Positions 11,147 through 20,443 of a stretch of 64,000 nt of DNA are shown here, piece after piece. Under the pieces are notes generated by a model. That model saw only the letters and a list, made by a program, of their open reading frames with translations. It did no database searches and was not told the DNA's origin. Source of the stretch: an uncultured Chloroflexia bacterium (lineage in GTDB: Bacteria > Chloroflexota > Limnocylindria > Limnocylindrales > CSP1-4); NCBI GenBank assembly GCA_963709605.1, contig CAVPWX010000013.1, forward strand, positions 81 to 64,080, written 5' to 3'. Numbering within the stretch: the first letter of the stretch is position 1; each line of letters opens with the position of its first letter. The translations under genes were made by a program, and so were the position numbers.

Positions 11147-11764
11147 TCACCTTGCCCCGAACTTCCGTTCCTCACCGCGTCGCAGGCGCCCGATGTTGTC
11201 GAGGTGGAAGAGCCAGACGAGGATCGGCGCTCCGATCGAGAACCCCAGCAGGGCGAGCGGCAGGTCCGTGGCCAGGATCTGGACCGTGAAGGCCGCGCCG
11301 CCGATCGCGGCGCCGGTGAGCGAGGCGACCGACGTGTACCGCGTGATGGCCAGGGTCGCGATGAAGACGGCGAGGGTCACCACCGCGGCCAGCGGACCGA
11401 GCACGAGCGCCGCCCCGAACGCGGCCGAGACGCCGCGCCCGCCGGAGAAGCCCAGGAAGGGCGACCGGCTGTGGCCGATGATCACCGCGAGGCCCGCCAG
11501 CACCTCGACCTCCACGCCGGCGCCGAGGACCCGGGCAAGAAGGACCGCGACCGTCCCCTTGAGCATGTCGAGGATCCCCGAAAGCAGGGCAAGGCGCGGA
11601 CCGAGGGCGCGCATGACGTTCGCGCCGCCTGTGCGGCCGCTGCCGATGGTGCGCGGGTCGGGGCCCCCGGTGAGGCGGGCGACGATGACGCCCCACGGGA
11701 TACCGCCGATGGCATAGGCGGCGAGCACGATCGCGACGGCGCGGGCCGCAACGAGGGGATCCAT
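11147..11764 (-). CDS. plsY: Glycerol-3-phosphate acyltransferase PlsY
   Basis: Hydrophobic; GSGRTGGANVMR, DMLKG, GHSRSPFLGFSGGRGV, HLDNIGRLRRGEE motifs. Confidence 0.9.
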   Translation of the reverse strand: MDPLVAARAVAIVLAAYAIGGIPWGVIVARLTGGPDPRTIGSGRTGGANVMRALGPRLALLSGILDMLKGTVAVLLARVLGAGVEVEVLAGLAVIIGHSRSPFLGFSGGRGVSAAFGAALVLGPLAAVVTLAVFIATLAITRYTSVASLTGAAIGGAAFTVQILATDLPLALLGFSIGAPILVWLFHLDNIGRLRRGEERKFGAR

Positions 11765-11785
11765 GGCCGCCGAGTATAGGCGCCG

Positions 11786-13584
11786 TCAGGCGGCCGGACC
11801 CGCCTCCTCCGGCCCGGCTGCCGCGCGCGCAAGCAGGGCGCCCGCGGCCGCGCGGACCGCCGCCGCGTCGGGCGCCGCGAGGGCCCCGCGAGCCAGCTCC
11901 GCGAGCTCCTCCCCGCTCACGGCGGCGAGGGCGACGCGGACCTCGTCGAGCGAGCCGGCGTCGGCCGAGAGCTCGTCCACGCCGAGGCCGACCAGGACGA
12001 GGGCGCCCGCCGGGTCGCCGGCCAGCTCGCCGCACACGGCGACGGGGATCCCCGCCGCGTCCGCTCCCGCCACCACGCCGGCCACCGCCCGCAGCACCGC
12101 CGGGTGAAGGGCGTCCTGGAGGTACCCCAGCGTGGCGTTGCCCCGGTCGGCAGCCATGACGTACTGCGTCAGGTCGTTCGTGCCGATGCTGAAGAAGGCG
12201 ACCCGCCGCGCCAGCTCGGGGGCCAGGAAGGCGGCGGCGGGAACCTCGACCATGATCCCGGTGACCATCCGGTCCGCGCAGGGCTGGCCGGCGGCGACGA
12301 CGGCCGCCCGGGCGTCGTCGCGGAGCGACTCCAGGAGGGCCACGTCGTCGAGGGTCGCCACCATCGGCGCCATGACGTGGGGCACCACCCCGGCGAGGCC
12401 GCCCGCCCGCCAGATCGCCCGCAGCTGCGTCCGGAGGAGCTCTGGATCGCCGTAGGCCAGGCGGATCGCGCGGACGCCGAGGAAGGGGTTGGCCTCCGCC
12501 GGCAGGCGAAGGTAGGGGATCCCCTTGTCGCCGCCGATGTCGGCCAGGCGGACGACGACGGGCCGCTCGGGCCCGAACGCCTCGAAGACCCGGCGATAGG
12601 CGGCGACCTGCTCGTCCTCGGTCGGCGGCGCCTGGCGCTGCATGAAGAGGAACTCCGTGCGGAAGAGGCCGACGCCTTCGGCGCCCGCCTCGAGAGCCCG
12701 CGGCGCGTCGTCCGGCGTGCCGATGTTGGCGACCAGGAGCACCCGTTGCCCGTCGGCGGTGGCGCCCGGCCGGCCACGCGCCGCAGCCGCGCGCGCGCGA
12801 CGCCGGGCCAGCGCCGCGTCGCGGGCCGCGAAGGCGGCGCGCTCCGCGGCGTCGGGCGCCAGGACGACCTCGCCCGTGTCGCCGTCCACGGCGAGATCGA
12901 CGTCGCCGCCGCCGGCCGCCCGGCCCGCGGCGTCGAGCGCGGCGAGGATGCCGGACGTGCCGACGATCGCCGGGATCCCCAGGCTGCGGGCGAGGATGAC
13001 CGCGTGGGCGGTGCGTGAGCCGCCCTGCAGGACGATCCCGCGCAGCAGCCCCGCCGGGATCTCGGCCGTCACCGACGGCGGGAGGTCGTCGGCGACCGCG
13101 ATCGCAGGCGCCGCGGGCAGCCGCAGCTGCTCGCCGCGCAGGATGCGGGCGATGCGGGCGCCCACGTCGCGCACGTCCGCGGCGCGTGCCGCCAGGAGCT
13201 CGTCGTCGAGCGCGGCGAGGACCTCGGCCGCGGCATCGGCGGCGGCGACGACCGCGTCCGGCGGCGGCGCGCCCGCCTCCACCCGCTCGACGGCGTCGTC
13301 GACGAGCGTGGGGCTGATCGCGAGGAGCGCCTGGCCGTCGAAGATCCCCGCCTCCTCGTCCCGGCCCGTCGCCCGCACGCGGTCGGCGAGGGCCTCGAGC
13401 TCACGCGGCGGCCGTCTCGGCGGCGGCCCGGACCGCCCCGGCCGGGTCGGGCGCGGCCGGCCGGCCGGCGGCAGCCACGCCATCGGCCGCGGCCGCCGAG
13501 CCGCCCTCCTCGTAGCGCCAGGCCGGGGCGATCGCGATCCCGGGCGCGGCCCCGACGCCCGGCCAGGCGGAGCGTCGCGGTCAT
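11786..13584 (-). CDS. ptsP: PTS enzyme I (PEP-protein phosphotransferase); two apparent frameshifts near 13558 and 13405
   Basis: GGSRTAHAVILAR (phospho-His), GVGLFRTEFLF, EANPFLGVRAIR, SIGTNDLTQY, VCGELAGD; reconstructed N-terminus MTATLRLAGVGAAPGIAIAP with ATG overlapping HPr stop. Confidence 0.9.
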
Positions 13585-13865
13585 TCCAGCGTCTCCCCCA
13601 GGCCGCTCTCGATCAGCGCCTGGAGGCCGGCGATCGCCGCCTCCTCGTCCTCGCCCTCGGCGACGATCCGGACGGTGTCGCCCCTGGCGGCCTTGCCGTG
13701 CGAGAGGACCGCCAGGGCGTCCTTGGCGTTCACGGCCCGGCCGCCGCGGGTGACGTTCTCGAGGGTGATGGCGGAGCGGTAGGCCGCCGCCCCCTTGACG
13801 AAGGTCCCGGCGGGTCGGAGGTGGATGCCGGACGGGTTGCGGATCTCGATCTCGAGGGTGCGCAT
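13581..13865 (-). CDS. ptsH: HPr family phosphocarrier protein
   Basis: 94 aa; NPSGIHLRPA with His15; VNAK motif; AEGEDEEAA. Confidence 0.92.
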   Translation of the reverse strand: MRTLEIEIRNPSGIHLRPAGTFVKGAAAYRSAITLENVTRGGRAVNAKDALAVLSHGKAARGDTVRIVAEGEDEEAAIAGLQALIESGLGETLE

Positions 13866-13879
13866 CGCAGGAATCCTCC

Positions 13880-14969
13880 ACGCGGTGGTCGAGTGTCGGG
13901 GACGGATCGGACGAGGCGCCGTCCACCAGCTCGGCGATGCGCGCCGGGCGGCGGGCCAGCTCGGCGCGGAGCGCCGGATCGGAGGCCGTCGCGTCGAGCA
14001 GGCGGGCGAGCGCGGCGTTCACGGGGGTCGGCACGCCCGCCACGCGGCCCGCGCGGACGACCGCCCCGTTCAGCCAGGACGCCTCGGTGGGGCCCTCGGC
14101 CGACCGCAGGTGGAGCCGCAGCGAGGGCGACTTCCCGCCGCGTGCCCGGCCCACGACGACGGCGGAGGACGGCCCGGGAGAGGGGCGCCGGCAGGCGGAT
14201 GGCAAGCGCCAGGAGCCGCACGTCGGCGCCGGGGAGGGCCACCACCGGCAGGCGCGCGGCGCGCATGACCGCGAGAGCCTCCAGCAGCTGGCGTCGCTCG
14301 ACCGCGAAGAGACGCGGGTCGGCGTAGACGGCGGCCGGGTCGCGGTCCGCCAGGGCGCTGAGGGCGTTCCCCGCCAGGTTGCCGAGGAGCTTCGACCACT
14401 TCATGGCCCGCGGATCCGCGAGCCGCCTGGCCGGGAGCCCGGCCCCCGAGAACGCGGCGACCAGCGCGTCGACGAGGTGCGTCGACCGGGCCCGCCGCCG
14501 GCGCCAGGGCGATGCCGCCCCGACCGCGCCAGCGAACCTCCGCGGGACCGGGTCGCTCGACGGGTGAGGTGAGCGAGCCCGCGATGAGCCCGATCCCCGG
14601 GCGCGCGGAGGCCACGAGCTCCTCCGCCCCGATCCCGTTCTGGATCGTCAGAACCGGCGCGGCCGGCCACACAGCCAGGTCGTCGAGGGCCCCCGCCAGG
14701 TCGAACATCTTGACGGCCACGACGACGAGGTCCGGGGCCCCGGCGAGCTCCGCCGGGGCGACGGCCCGGCTGACCCGCGCCTCGATGGTGCGGCCGTCGG
14801 GCTCGTGGAGCGTGAGCGTCTCGGGCGCGTCGCGGGGGACCCGCCGGTCGACGAGCGTCACGGAGCTGCCCGCCGCGGCGAGGAGGCCGCCCAGCAGCGT
14901 CCCGACGGCGCCCGCCCCGAGGACGGCGACGCGCCGCGGCGCCTCCCCGGCCGCCGCGGCGGCGCTCAC
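13880..14969 (-). CDS. Ketopantoate reductase (ApbA/PanE)-family oxidoreductase; apparent frameshifts near 14483 and 14165; 3' end uncertain
   Basis: VLGAGAVG Rossmann motif, VAVK, IQNGIG, KWSKLLGN, PSL..HL, TEASWLNGAVV, PTPVN spread over three frames. Confidence 0.8.
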
Positions 14970-15373
14970 TCGGGCAGCTTCGGGAGGCTCGCCGCGCCCT
15001 CGGCCGCCGCAAGCACGACGTCGAGGGGGTCGCCGATGCTCGCCTGGAGGGCGGCCACGACGGCACCCTCCACGAGCGGCCCCCCGGAGAGGCGGACCCG
15101 CCCGGCGACCTCCTCGCCGAGGAGCTCGAGGGCCGTCTGGGTGGCGAGGACGGCGCTGCCGAGGTCGACGAGGACGAGCACCCCCGCCCCGCCGTCCGCG
15201 GCCTCGATCGCCGCCATGATCGCCGCGGCGTCGGTGCCGAGCGACCCGTCGGCGATTCCCCCGGTCCCCTCGATGCGCAGGTCCGGGCCCGCCATCTGGC
15301 GGGCGAGCTCCACGGTCCCCGCGGCAATCTGCGCGGAGTGGCTGACGACGACGATCCCGACGAGCGGCTCCAT
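14966..15373 (-). CDS. dhaM: PTS-dependent dihydroxyacetone kinase phosphotransferase subunit (EIIA-Man-like DhaM), copy 1
   Basis: GIVVVSHS, LARQMA, GSLGTD, VDLGSAVL, GPLVEGAVVAA. Confidence 0.9.
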   Translation of the reverse strand: MEPLVGIVVVSHSAQIAAGTVELARQMAGPDLRIEGTGGIADGSLGTDAAAIMAAIEAADGGAGVLVLVDLGSAVLATQTALELLGEEVAGRVRLSGGPLVEGAVVAALQASIGDPLDVVLAAAEGAASLPKLPE

Positions 15374-15383
15374 GGCCGAGATC

Positions 15384-15770
15384 CTACGACGCGTCGTTGA
15401 TGATCGCCGCCAGCAGGGCAACCCCGTAGACGACGGTGACGATCCCGACGACCACGAGGACGTTCGTGATGCGCCGCTCCGTCCGCTCCGAGAACCCGAA
15501 GTCGAAGAGGATCGCGCGCACGCCGAGGAGGGCGTGGTACGTCACCGTCCCGAGGAAGGCGACCTCGACCACGACGACCACCGGGTTCCCGAGCCAGGCG
15601 ATGACGTCGTCGTAGAAGCGAAGGCCCGTGGGCACGATGAAGTGCTGGGCGACCATGTGGAGCGCCAGGAGCACGAGCAGCGCGACGCCCGTGACGACCT
15701 GGACGACGAAGGCCGGGATCCCGCGGGATCCGGCGGCCGGGCGCTCGAGCGCCGGCTGGTCGGTGGTCAT
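15384..15770 (-). CDS. SdhD-like hydrophobic membrane anchor
   Basis: Three hydrophobic helices; QVVTG, LHMVAQH, YHALLGVRAILFDF pattern of complex II anchors. Confidence 0.85.
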   Translation of the reverse strand: MTTDQPALERPAAGSRGIPAFVVQVVTGVALLVLLALHMVAQHFIVPTGLRFYDDVIAWLGNPVVVVVEVAFLGTVTYHALLGVRAILFDFGFSERTERRITNVLVVVGIVTVVYGVALLAAIINDAS

Positions 15771-15777
15771 GGCTCTC

Positions 15778-16200
15778 CTACCCCTCCCCGCCGAAGATGC
15801 GGAGGGCGCCGACGAGGGTGACCAGGCCGGCGACGACGAACGCGGCGATGAAGAGCGCCCGCTGGCGACTCACCACCAGGCCCATCCCCACGAGGCCGAC
15901 GCGGATCCCGTTCAGCCCGTGGAACAGCATCCCGGCGAGGAGGACCACGTCGAACACGAGGACCGGCGGGCTCAGGGCGATCTCGACGAAGGCGTCCCAG
16001 GCGCCGGGGCCCTGGACCAGCAGCGACAGGATCACCAGGTGCATGTACAGGTACACGACGAGGCCGATCCCGCTCAGGCGGTTCAGGATGAAGGCATAGC
16101 CCCCGAGGCGGCGGCCGCGGGGATCGAACCAGCCGACGAAGCCCCGGCGCCGGGCCGGGCCGGGCTCCGGCCGCCTCGGCTCGACGGTCGTGCTGGCCAT
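15778..16200 (-). CDS. SdhC-like cytochrome b subunit
   Basis: NRLSG, YLYMH, FHGLNGIR; three TM helices; ATG overlaps the SdhB-like stop. Confidence 0.88.
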   Translation of the reverse strand: MASTTVEPRRPEPGPARRRGFVGWFDPRGRRLGGYAFILNRLSGIGLVVYLYMHLVILSLLVQGPGAWDAFVEIALSPPVLVFDVVLLAGMLFHGLNGIRVGLVGMGLVVSRQRALFIAAFVVAGLVTLVGALRIFGGEG

Positions 16201-16946
16201 CAGCGTGTCCCTCCGAAGGAGAAGAGGCGTCGCGCCCGGGCGGCGGTTGCCGCCCGGCGCAGCCGCATGATCGCGGCGGCCGGGTCGACCCCCGACGGGC
16301 AGGCCTCGGTGCACTCCCAGGCCAGGTGGCAGCGCCACGCGGCCTGCTCGTCGTCCATCAGCCGCAGGACCGGGCCGGGGTCCCGCCCGCGGGGCTCGTC
16401 GACGAGGCGCCAGGCCGCGGCAAGGGCGGCCGGCCCCACGTAGCGCGGGTCGCTGCCGGCCACCGGGCAGGCGGAGAGGCAGATCCCGCACTCGATGCAG
16501 TCCTCGTAGCGCTCGAGCTCGTCGATCCCCTCGGCCATCTCGGCGCCCGGGATCATCTCCGAGACCCGCACGAGCGGGCGGCCGGCTTCGTCGAACTCGT
16601 CGTAGAAGGCGTCCATGTCGACGACGAGGTCGGTGACCACGGGGATGTTGCCGAGCGGCTCCACCGTGACCTCGCCGCCCTCGGGGACGGGGGTCACGCA
16701 GGCGAGGCCCTCCCGGCCGTTCACCCGCATCCCGCAGGTCCCGCACGACGCGTGGAAGCAGGAGTGGCGGAACGTCAGGGTCGGGTCCAGCTCGCGGCGG
16801 ATGGAGACGAGCGAGTCGAGGATCGTGGAGCGCGGCCCCACGGCCACGTCGAAGGTGTCGTAGCGGAGCTCCCCGGGGTCGTCGCCCTCCTTGCGGCGCG
16901 AGACGACGAAACGGGTGGTGCGGAGCTCCGCGGCAGTCTCGGTCAT
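16200..16946 (-). CDS. SdhB/FrdB-like iron-sulfur subunit
   Basis: DPTLTFRHSCFHASCGTC..LAC (2Fe-2S), DLVVD, CIECGICLSACP and CHLAWECTEACP (4Fe-4S/3Fe-4S). Confidence 0.93.
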   Translation of the reverse strand: MTETAAELRTTRFVVSRRKEGDDPGELRYDTFDVAVGPRSTILDSLVSIRRELDPTLTFRHSCFHASCGTCGMRVNGREGLACVTPVPEGGEVTVEPLGNIPVVTDLVVDMDAFYDEFDEAGRPLVRVSEMIPGAEMAEGIDELERYEDCIECGICLSACPVAGSDPRYVGPAALAAAWRLVDEPRGRDPGPVLRLMDDEQAAWRCHLAWECTEACPSGVDPAAAIMRLRRAATAARARRLFSFGGTR

Positions 16947-16956
16947 CGCTCCGCCC

Positions 16957-18144
16957 CTACGCCGCGTAGTAGGCGGTGTGGGGAAGGGTGACGATCTCCC
17001 GGGTCTGGCACGCCGCCTCGACGCCGAGCTTGCGGCAGATCACGTCGGCCGTCGTCTCGGCCATCGCCCGCAGGGTGGTGCCCTTGCCGCCGGAGATCGT
17101 CACGAAGCCCTCGACGCCGTCGGTCTCGCGGTGGTCGAAGCACTTGAACGTCCGGCTCAGCTCGCGGCCCGTGTCAGCATCTCGCGACCCGATGAGCGGG
17201 CGCGCCGCCGACCAGGCGGCCCGGCGCTCGGCGTGGCGGACGGCGGGGACCATCTTCGAGCCCTCGCTGTACATCCGCTCGACGTGGTCCTCGGGCACGC
17301 CGAGGTCGTCGGGATCGTCCACGACCCAGGAGCTGGTGCCGACCACGGAGAGCCCGCGCTGGGGGACGATGATGTCGCCGTCGCCCGAGGGGTGCAGGCG
17401 GTTGATCACCATGTTGCAGACGCGGCCGCGGACGGCGAGCAGGACGCCGGGCGACGGCCGGATCGGCACGTCGCAGCCCGCCATCACGGCGAGCTGCTCG
17501 GCCCACGGCCCGGTGGCGTTCACGACGAGATCGCCGCGGATCTCATCGTCGACGCCGTTCACGAGGTCGCGGACGCGGATCCCGGAGACGAGGCGGTCGT
17601 GGACCAGCAGCTCGGTCACCAGGGTCCAGGGACGGATGACCGCGCCCCCGGCCTTCGCGCTGGCGAAGAACCGGAGGGGCATCCGCATGGCGTCCATCGT
17701 GGCGTCGGGGACCTGGACGGCCATCTTGACCTCGGGGTTGAGGTTCGGCTCCAGGCGGAGCGCCTCCTCGCGGCTGACCCGGCGGGCCGGGATGCCGCTG
17801 GCAAGGCACGATTCGAAGAAGAGCGGCTCGTAGGCCACGTCCTCGTCCGTGATGGCGACGAAGAGGCCGTCGTTCTCCTCGAACGACCCGGGGCAGACCC
17901 GGCGGAGGATCTCGCGCTCCTCGATGCACTCGACGGCGGACTCGCGGTCCTTGACCGCGTAGCGCGCGCCGGAGTGGAGCAGGCCGTGGTGCCGGCCGGT
18001 GGTGCCCGAGGTGAGCTCGCCGCGCTCGACGAGCGTGACCCGGAAGCCGCGCAGGATCAAGTCGTGAGCGAGGGCGCCCCCGGTGCCGCCGCCGCCCACG
18101 ATGACGACGTGATAGGGCTGCCGGGGAAGTCGCGTGATGGTCAT
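16957..18144 (-). CDS. glpA: FAD-dependent glycerol-3-phosphate dehydrogenase, short GlpA type (395 aa)
   Basis: IVGGGGTG, GTTGRHHGLLHSGARYAVKD, NATGPWA, SGDGDIIVP, TISGGKGTTLRAMAE; directly downstream of glpK. Confidence 0.88.
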   Translation of the reverse strand: MTITRLPRQPYHVVIVGGGGTGGALAHDLILRGFRVTLVERGELTSGTTGRHHGLLHSGARYAVKDRESAVECIEEREILRRVCPGSFEENDGLFVAITDEDVAYEPLFFESCLASGIPARRVSREEALRLEPNLNPEVKMAVQVPDATMDAMRMPLRFFASAKAGGAVIRPWTLVTELLVHDRLVSGIRVRDLVNGVDDEIRGDLVVNATGPWAEQLAVMAGCDVPIRPSPGVLLAVRGRVCNMVINRLHPSGDGDIIVPQRGLSVVGTSSWVVDDPDDLGVPEDHVERMYSEGSKMVPAVRHAERRAAWSAARPLIGSRDADTGRELSRTFKCFDHRETDGVEGFVTISGGKGTTLRAMAETTADVICRKLGVEAACQTREIVTLPHTAYYAA

Positions 18145-18170
18145 CTGCTGCGCTCCGCGCCCGGGTAGGT

Positions 18171-18205
18171 GCTGCCCGGGGCCCCGCGACGGGGCCCCGG
18201 GCAGC
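18171..18205. terminator. Perfect 16-bp GC stem-loop between glpK and glpA (terminator or mRNA-stabilising hairpin; no U-tract)
   Basis: GCTGCCCGGGGCCCCG-cga-CGGGGCCCCGGGCAGC. Confidence 0.5.
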
Positions 18206-18218
18206 GGGGGTGGGGGTG

Positions 18219-19718
18219 CTAGTCGACCCAGCCGAACGTGCGGGTGACGGCCTTCTTCCACTGCGCGTACTCGGCGTCGACCTGGGCGGCGTCCATCGTC
18301 GGATGCCACTCGTGGTCCTTCGCCCAGTTCGCGCGGAGGTCCTCGACCTCAGCCCAGTACCCGACCGCCAGGCCGGCCGCGTAGGCCGCCCCGAGGGCCG
18401 TCGTCTCGGCGACCTTCGGCCGGATGACCGGGACCTTCAGGACGTCGGACTGGAACTGCATGAGGAGGTTGTTGTAGACCATGCCACCGTCGACCTTGAG
18501 GGCCGTCAGCGGAACGCCGGAGTCGGCGTTCATCGCGTCGAGCACCTCGCGGGTCTGCCAGGCGGTCGCCTCGAGGACGGCCCGGGCGATGTGGCCCTTG
18601 TTGACGTACCGGGTGAGGCCCGCGATGACGCCGCGGGCATCGTTCTTCCAGTACGGCGCGAAGAGCCCGCTGAACGCCGGGACGAAGTAGACGCCGCCGT
18701 TGTCCTCGACGGTGGCCGCGAGGGCCTCGATGTCGGGGGACTTCGCGATCAGCCCGATGTTGTCGCGGATCCACTGCACGAGGGCGCCGGTGATGGCGAT
18801 CGAGCCCTCGAGCGCGTACACGGCCGGCTGGTCGCCGATCTTGTACGCGAGCGTCGTGAGGAGGCCGCTCTTGCTCGGGACCGCCTTCGTGCCCGTGTTG
18901 AGGAGCATGAAGCAGCCCGTGCCGTACGTGTTCTTCGCCTCGCCGGGCGAGAAGCACGTCTGGCCGAAGAGGGCGGCCTGCTGGTCGCCCAGGTCGCCGG
19001 CGACGGGGACGCCGGCGAGATCGCCGACGGCCATGCCGTAGATCTGGGACGAGGCCTTGACGGCCGGGAGCATCTTCTCCGGCACGCCGAGGAGCGCCGT
19101 GATCTCCGGGTCCCAGGCGAGGGTGGTGTAGTTGAACATGAGCGTCCGGCTCGCGTTGGAGACGTCCGTCACGTGGACGCCGCCGTTCACGCCGCCGGTG
19201 AGGTTCCAGATGCACCAGGTGTCGATGTTGCCGAAGAGCAGGTTCCCCGCCTCGGCCTCGGCGCGCGCGCCGGCGACGTTGTCGAGGACCCACTTGGCCT
19301 TCGGGCCGGAGAAGTAGGTCGCCAGCGGCAGGCCGGTCTTCGGGCGGAGGCGGTCCGGGCCACCGTCCTTCTCGAGGGCGTCGCAGATGTCCTTCGTCCG
19401 GGTGTCCTGCCAGACGATCGCGTTGTAGACCGGCTTGCCGGTCCGCTTGTCCCAGACGACCGTCGTCTCGCGCTGGTTGGTGACGCCGACGGCGGCGAGG
19501 TCCGCGGCGCTGAGGTGGGCCTTGCCGAGGGCGGCCTTGATGACATCCAGGCTGCGCGCCCAGATCTCCATCGGGTCGTGCTCGACCCAGCCCGGCTTCG
19601 GATAGATCTGCTCGTGCTCCATCTGATCGACCGCCACGACCTCGCCGGCGTGGTTGAAGATCATGAAGCGGGTGCTCGTGGTCCCCTGGTCGAGGGCCCC
19701 CACGAAGTTCCTTGGCAT
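18219..19718 (-). CDS. glpK: Glycerol kinase
   Basis: [57 protein letters not shown]. Confidence 0.97.
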   Translation of the reverse strand: MPRNFVGALDQGTTSTRFMIFNHAGEVVAVDQMEHEQIYPKPGWVEHDPMEIWARSLDVIKAALGKAHLSAADLAAVGVTNQRETTVVWDKRTGKPVYNAIVWQDTRTKDICDALEKDGGPDRLRPKTGLPLATYFSGPKAKWVLDNVAGARAEAEAGNLLFGNIDTWCIWNLTGGVNGGVHVTDVSNASRTLMFNYTTLAWDPEITALLGVPEKMLPAVKASSQIYGMAVGDLAGVPVAGDLGDQQAALFGQTCFSPGEAKNTYGTGCFMLLNTGTKAVPSKSGLLTTLAYKIGDQPAVYALEGSIAITGALVQWIRDNIGLIAKSPDIEALAATVEDNGGVYFVPAFSGLFAPYWKNDARGVIAGLTRYVNKGHIARAVLEATAWQTREVLDAMNADSGVPLTALKVDGGMVYNNLLMQFQSDVLKVPVIRPKVAETTALGAAYAAGLAVGYWAEVEDLRANWAKDHEWHPTMDAAQVDAEYAQWKKAVTRTFGWVD

Positions 19719-19756
19719 GTGTGTCTCCCGATATCGGTTGACCCCGATTTGCCGGG

Positions 19757-20389
19757 CTAGCGCCCGGCCCAGACCTCTGCGGCGGACCGCAGGAGGAGAT
19801 GCGAGGACGTCGCGCCGGGATCCTGGTGCCCGGCCGACCGCTCGCCCAGGTAGCTCGCCCGGCCCTTGCGGGCGACGAGCGGCACCGTGGCGAGCATGCC
19901 CTCCTGCGCCCCATCGGCCATCCGGGCCACGGCATCCCCGACGGACGCTCCGTCGGCGATCGCGGCCCGGAGGGCGTCCCGGGCGGGGATGAGGGCGTCG
20001 ACCATCGTCTTGTCCCCGGGCTCGGCCTTCCCGATCCGGAGGACCCCGCCGAGGCCTGTCTCAAAGGCCCCCGCGAACTCCTCCAGGGTCAGGGCTTCCT
20101 TTCCGGCAACGGCGCCCCCCATCTGCATGAAGAACATCCCGTAGAGCGGGCCGCTGGCGCCCCCGACCGTCGAGACGAGGGTGGTGCCGACGGTCTTGAG
20201 CGTCTGGCCGATGTCCCCACCGGGGAGGCCGTCCAGCTTGCCGATCACGGCCGTGAAGCCACGATCCATGTTGATCCCGTGATCGGCGTCTCCGATCGCC
20301 GAATCCAGCTCCGTGAGGTACGCCTTGTTCTCCGTCACGACGGCGGCGAACCGGCGAACCCAGGCGAGGATGTCGTCGTGCGAGATCAT
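19757..20389 (-). CDS. dhaL: Dihydroxyacetone kinase ADP-binding subunit DhaL, copy 1
   Basis: [48 protein letters not shown]. Confidence 0.95.
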   Translation of the reverse strand: MISHDDILAWVRRFAAVVTENKAYLTELDSAIGDADHGINMDRGFTAVIGKLDGLPGGDIGQTLKTVGTTLVSTVGGASGPLYGMFFMQMGGAVAGKEALTLEEFAGAFETGLGGVLRIGKAEPGDKTMVDALIPARDALRAAIADGASVGDAVARMADGAQEGMLATVPLVARKGRASYLGERSAGHQDPGATSSHLLLRSAAEVWAGR

Positions 20390-20443
20390 CGGCGGCTCCG
20401 TTCCCGCGCTGCGGGTGTCAGCGGTGAATGACGACGTGCGGTC

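Noticed and set aside
13883-13897. 15-mer CGGTGGTCGAGTGTC identical to 53491-53505 in the hrcA promoter
   Set aside because: A few 15-mer matches are expected by chance in 64 kb of GC-rich DNA, and the other CIRCE arm is missing
15384-16946. Ordinary succinate dehydrogenase operon
   Set aside because: The adjoining flavoprotein has GlpA motifs and lacks the SdhA covalent-FAD SHT..A.GG motif; no TCA-cycle genes are in the window
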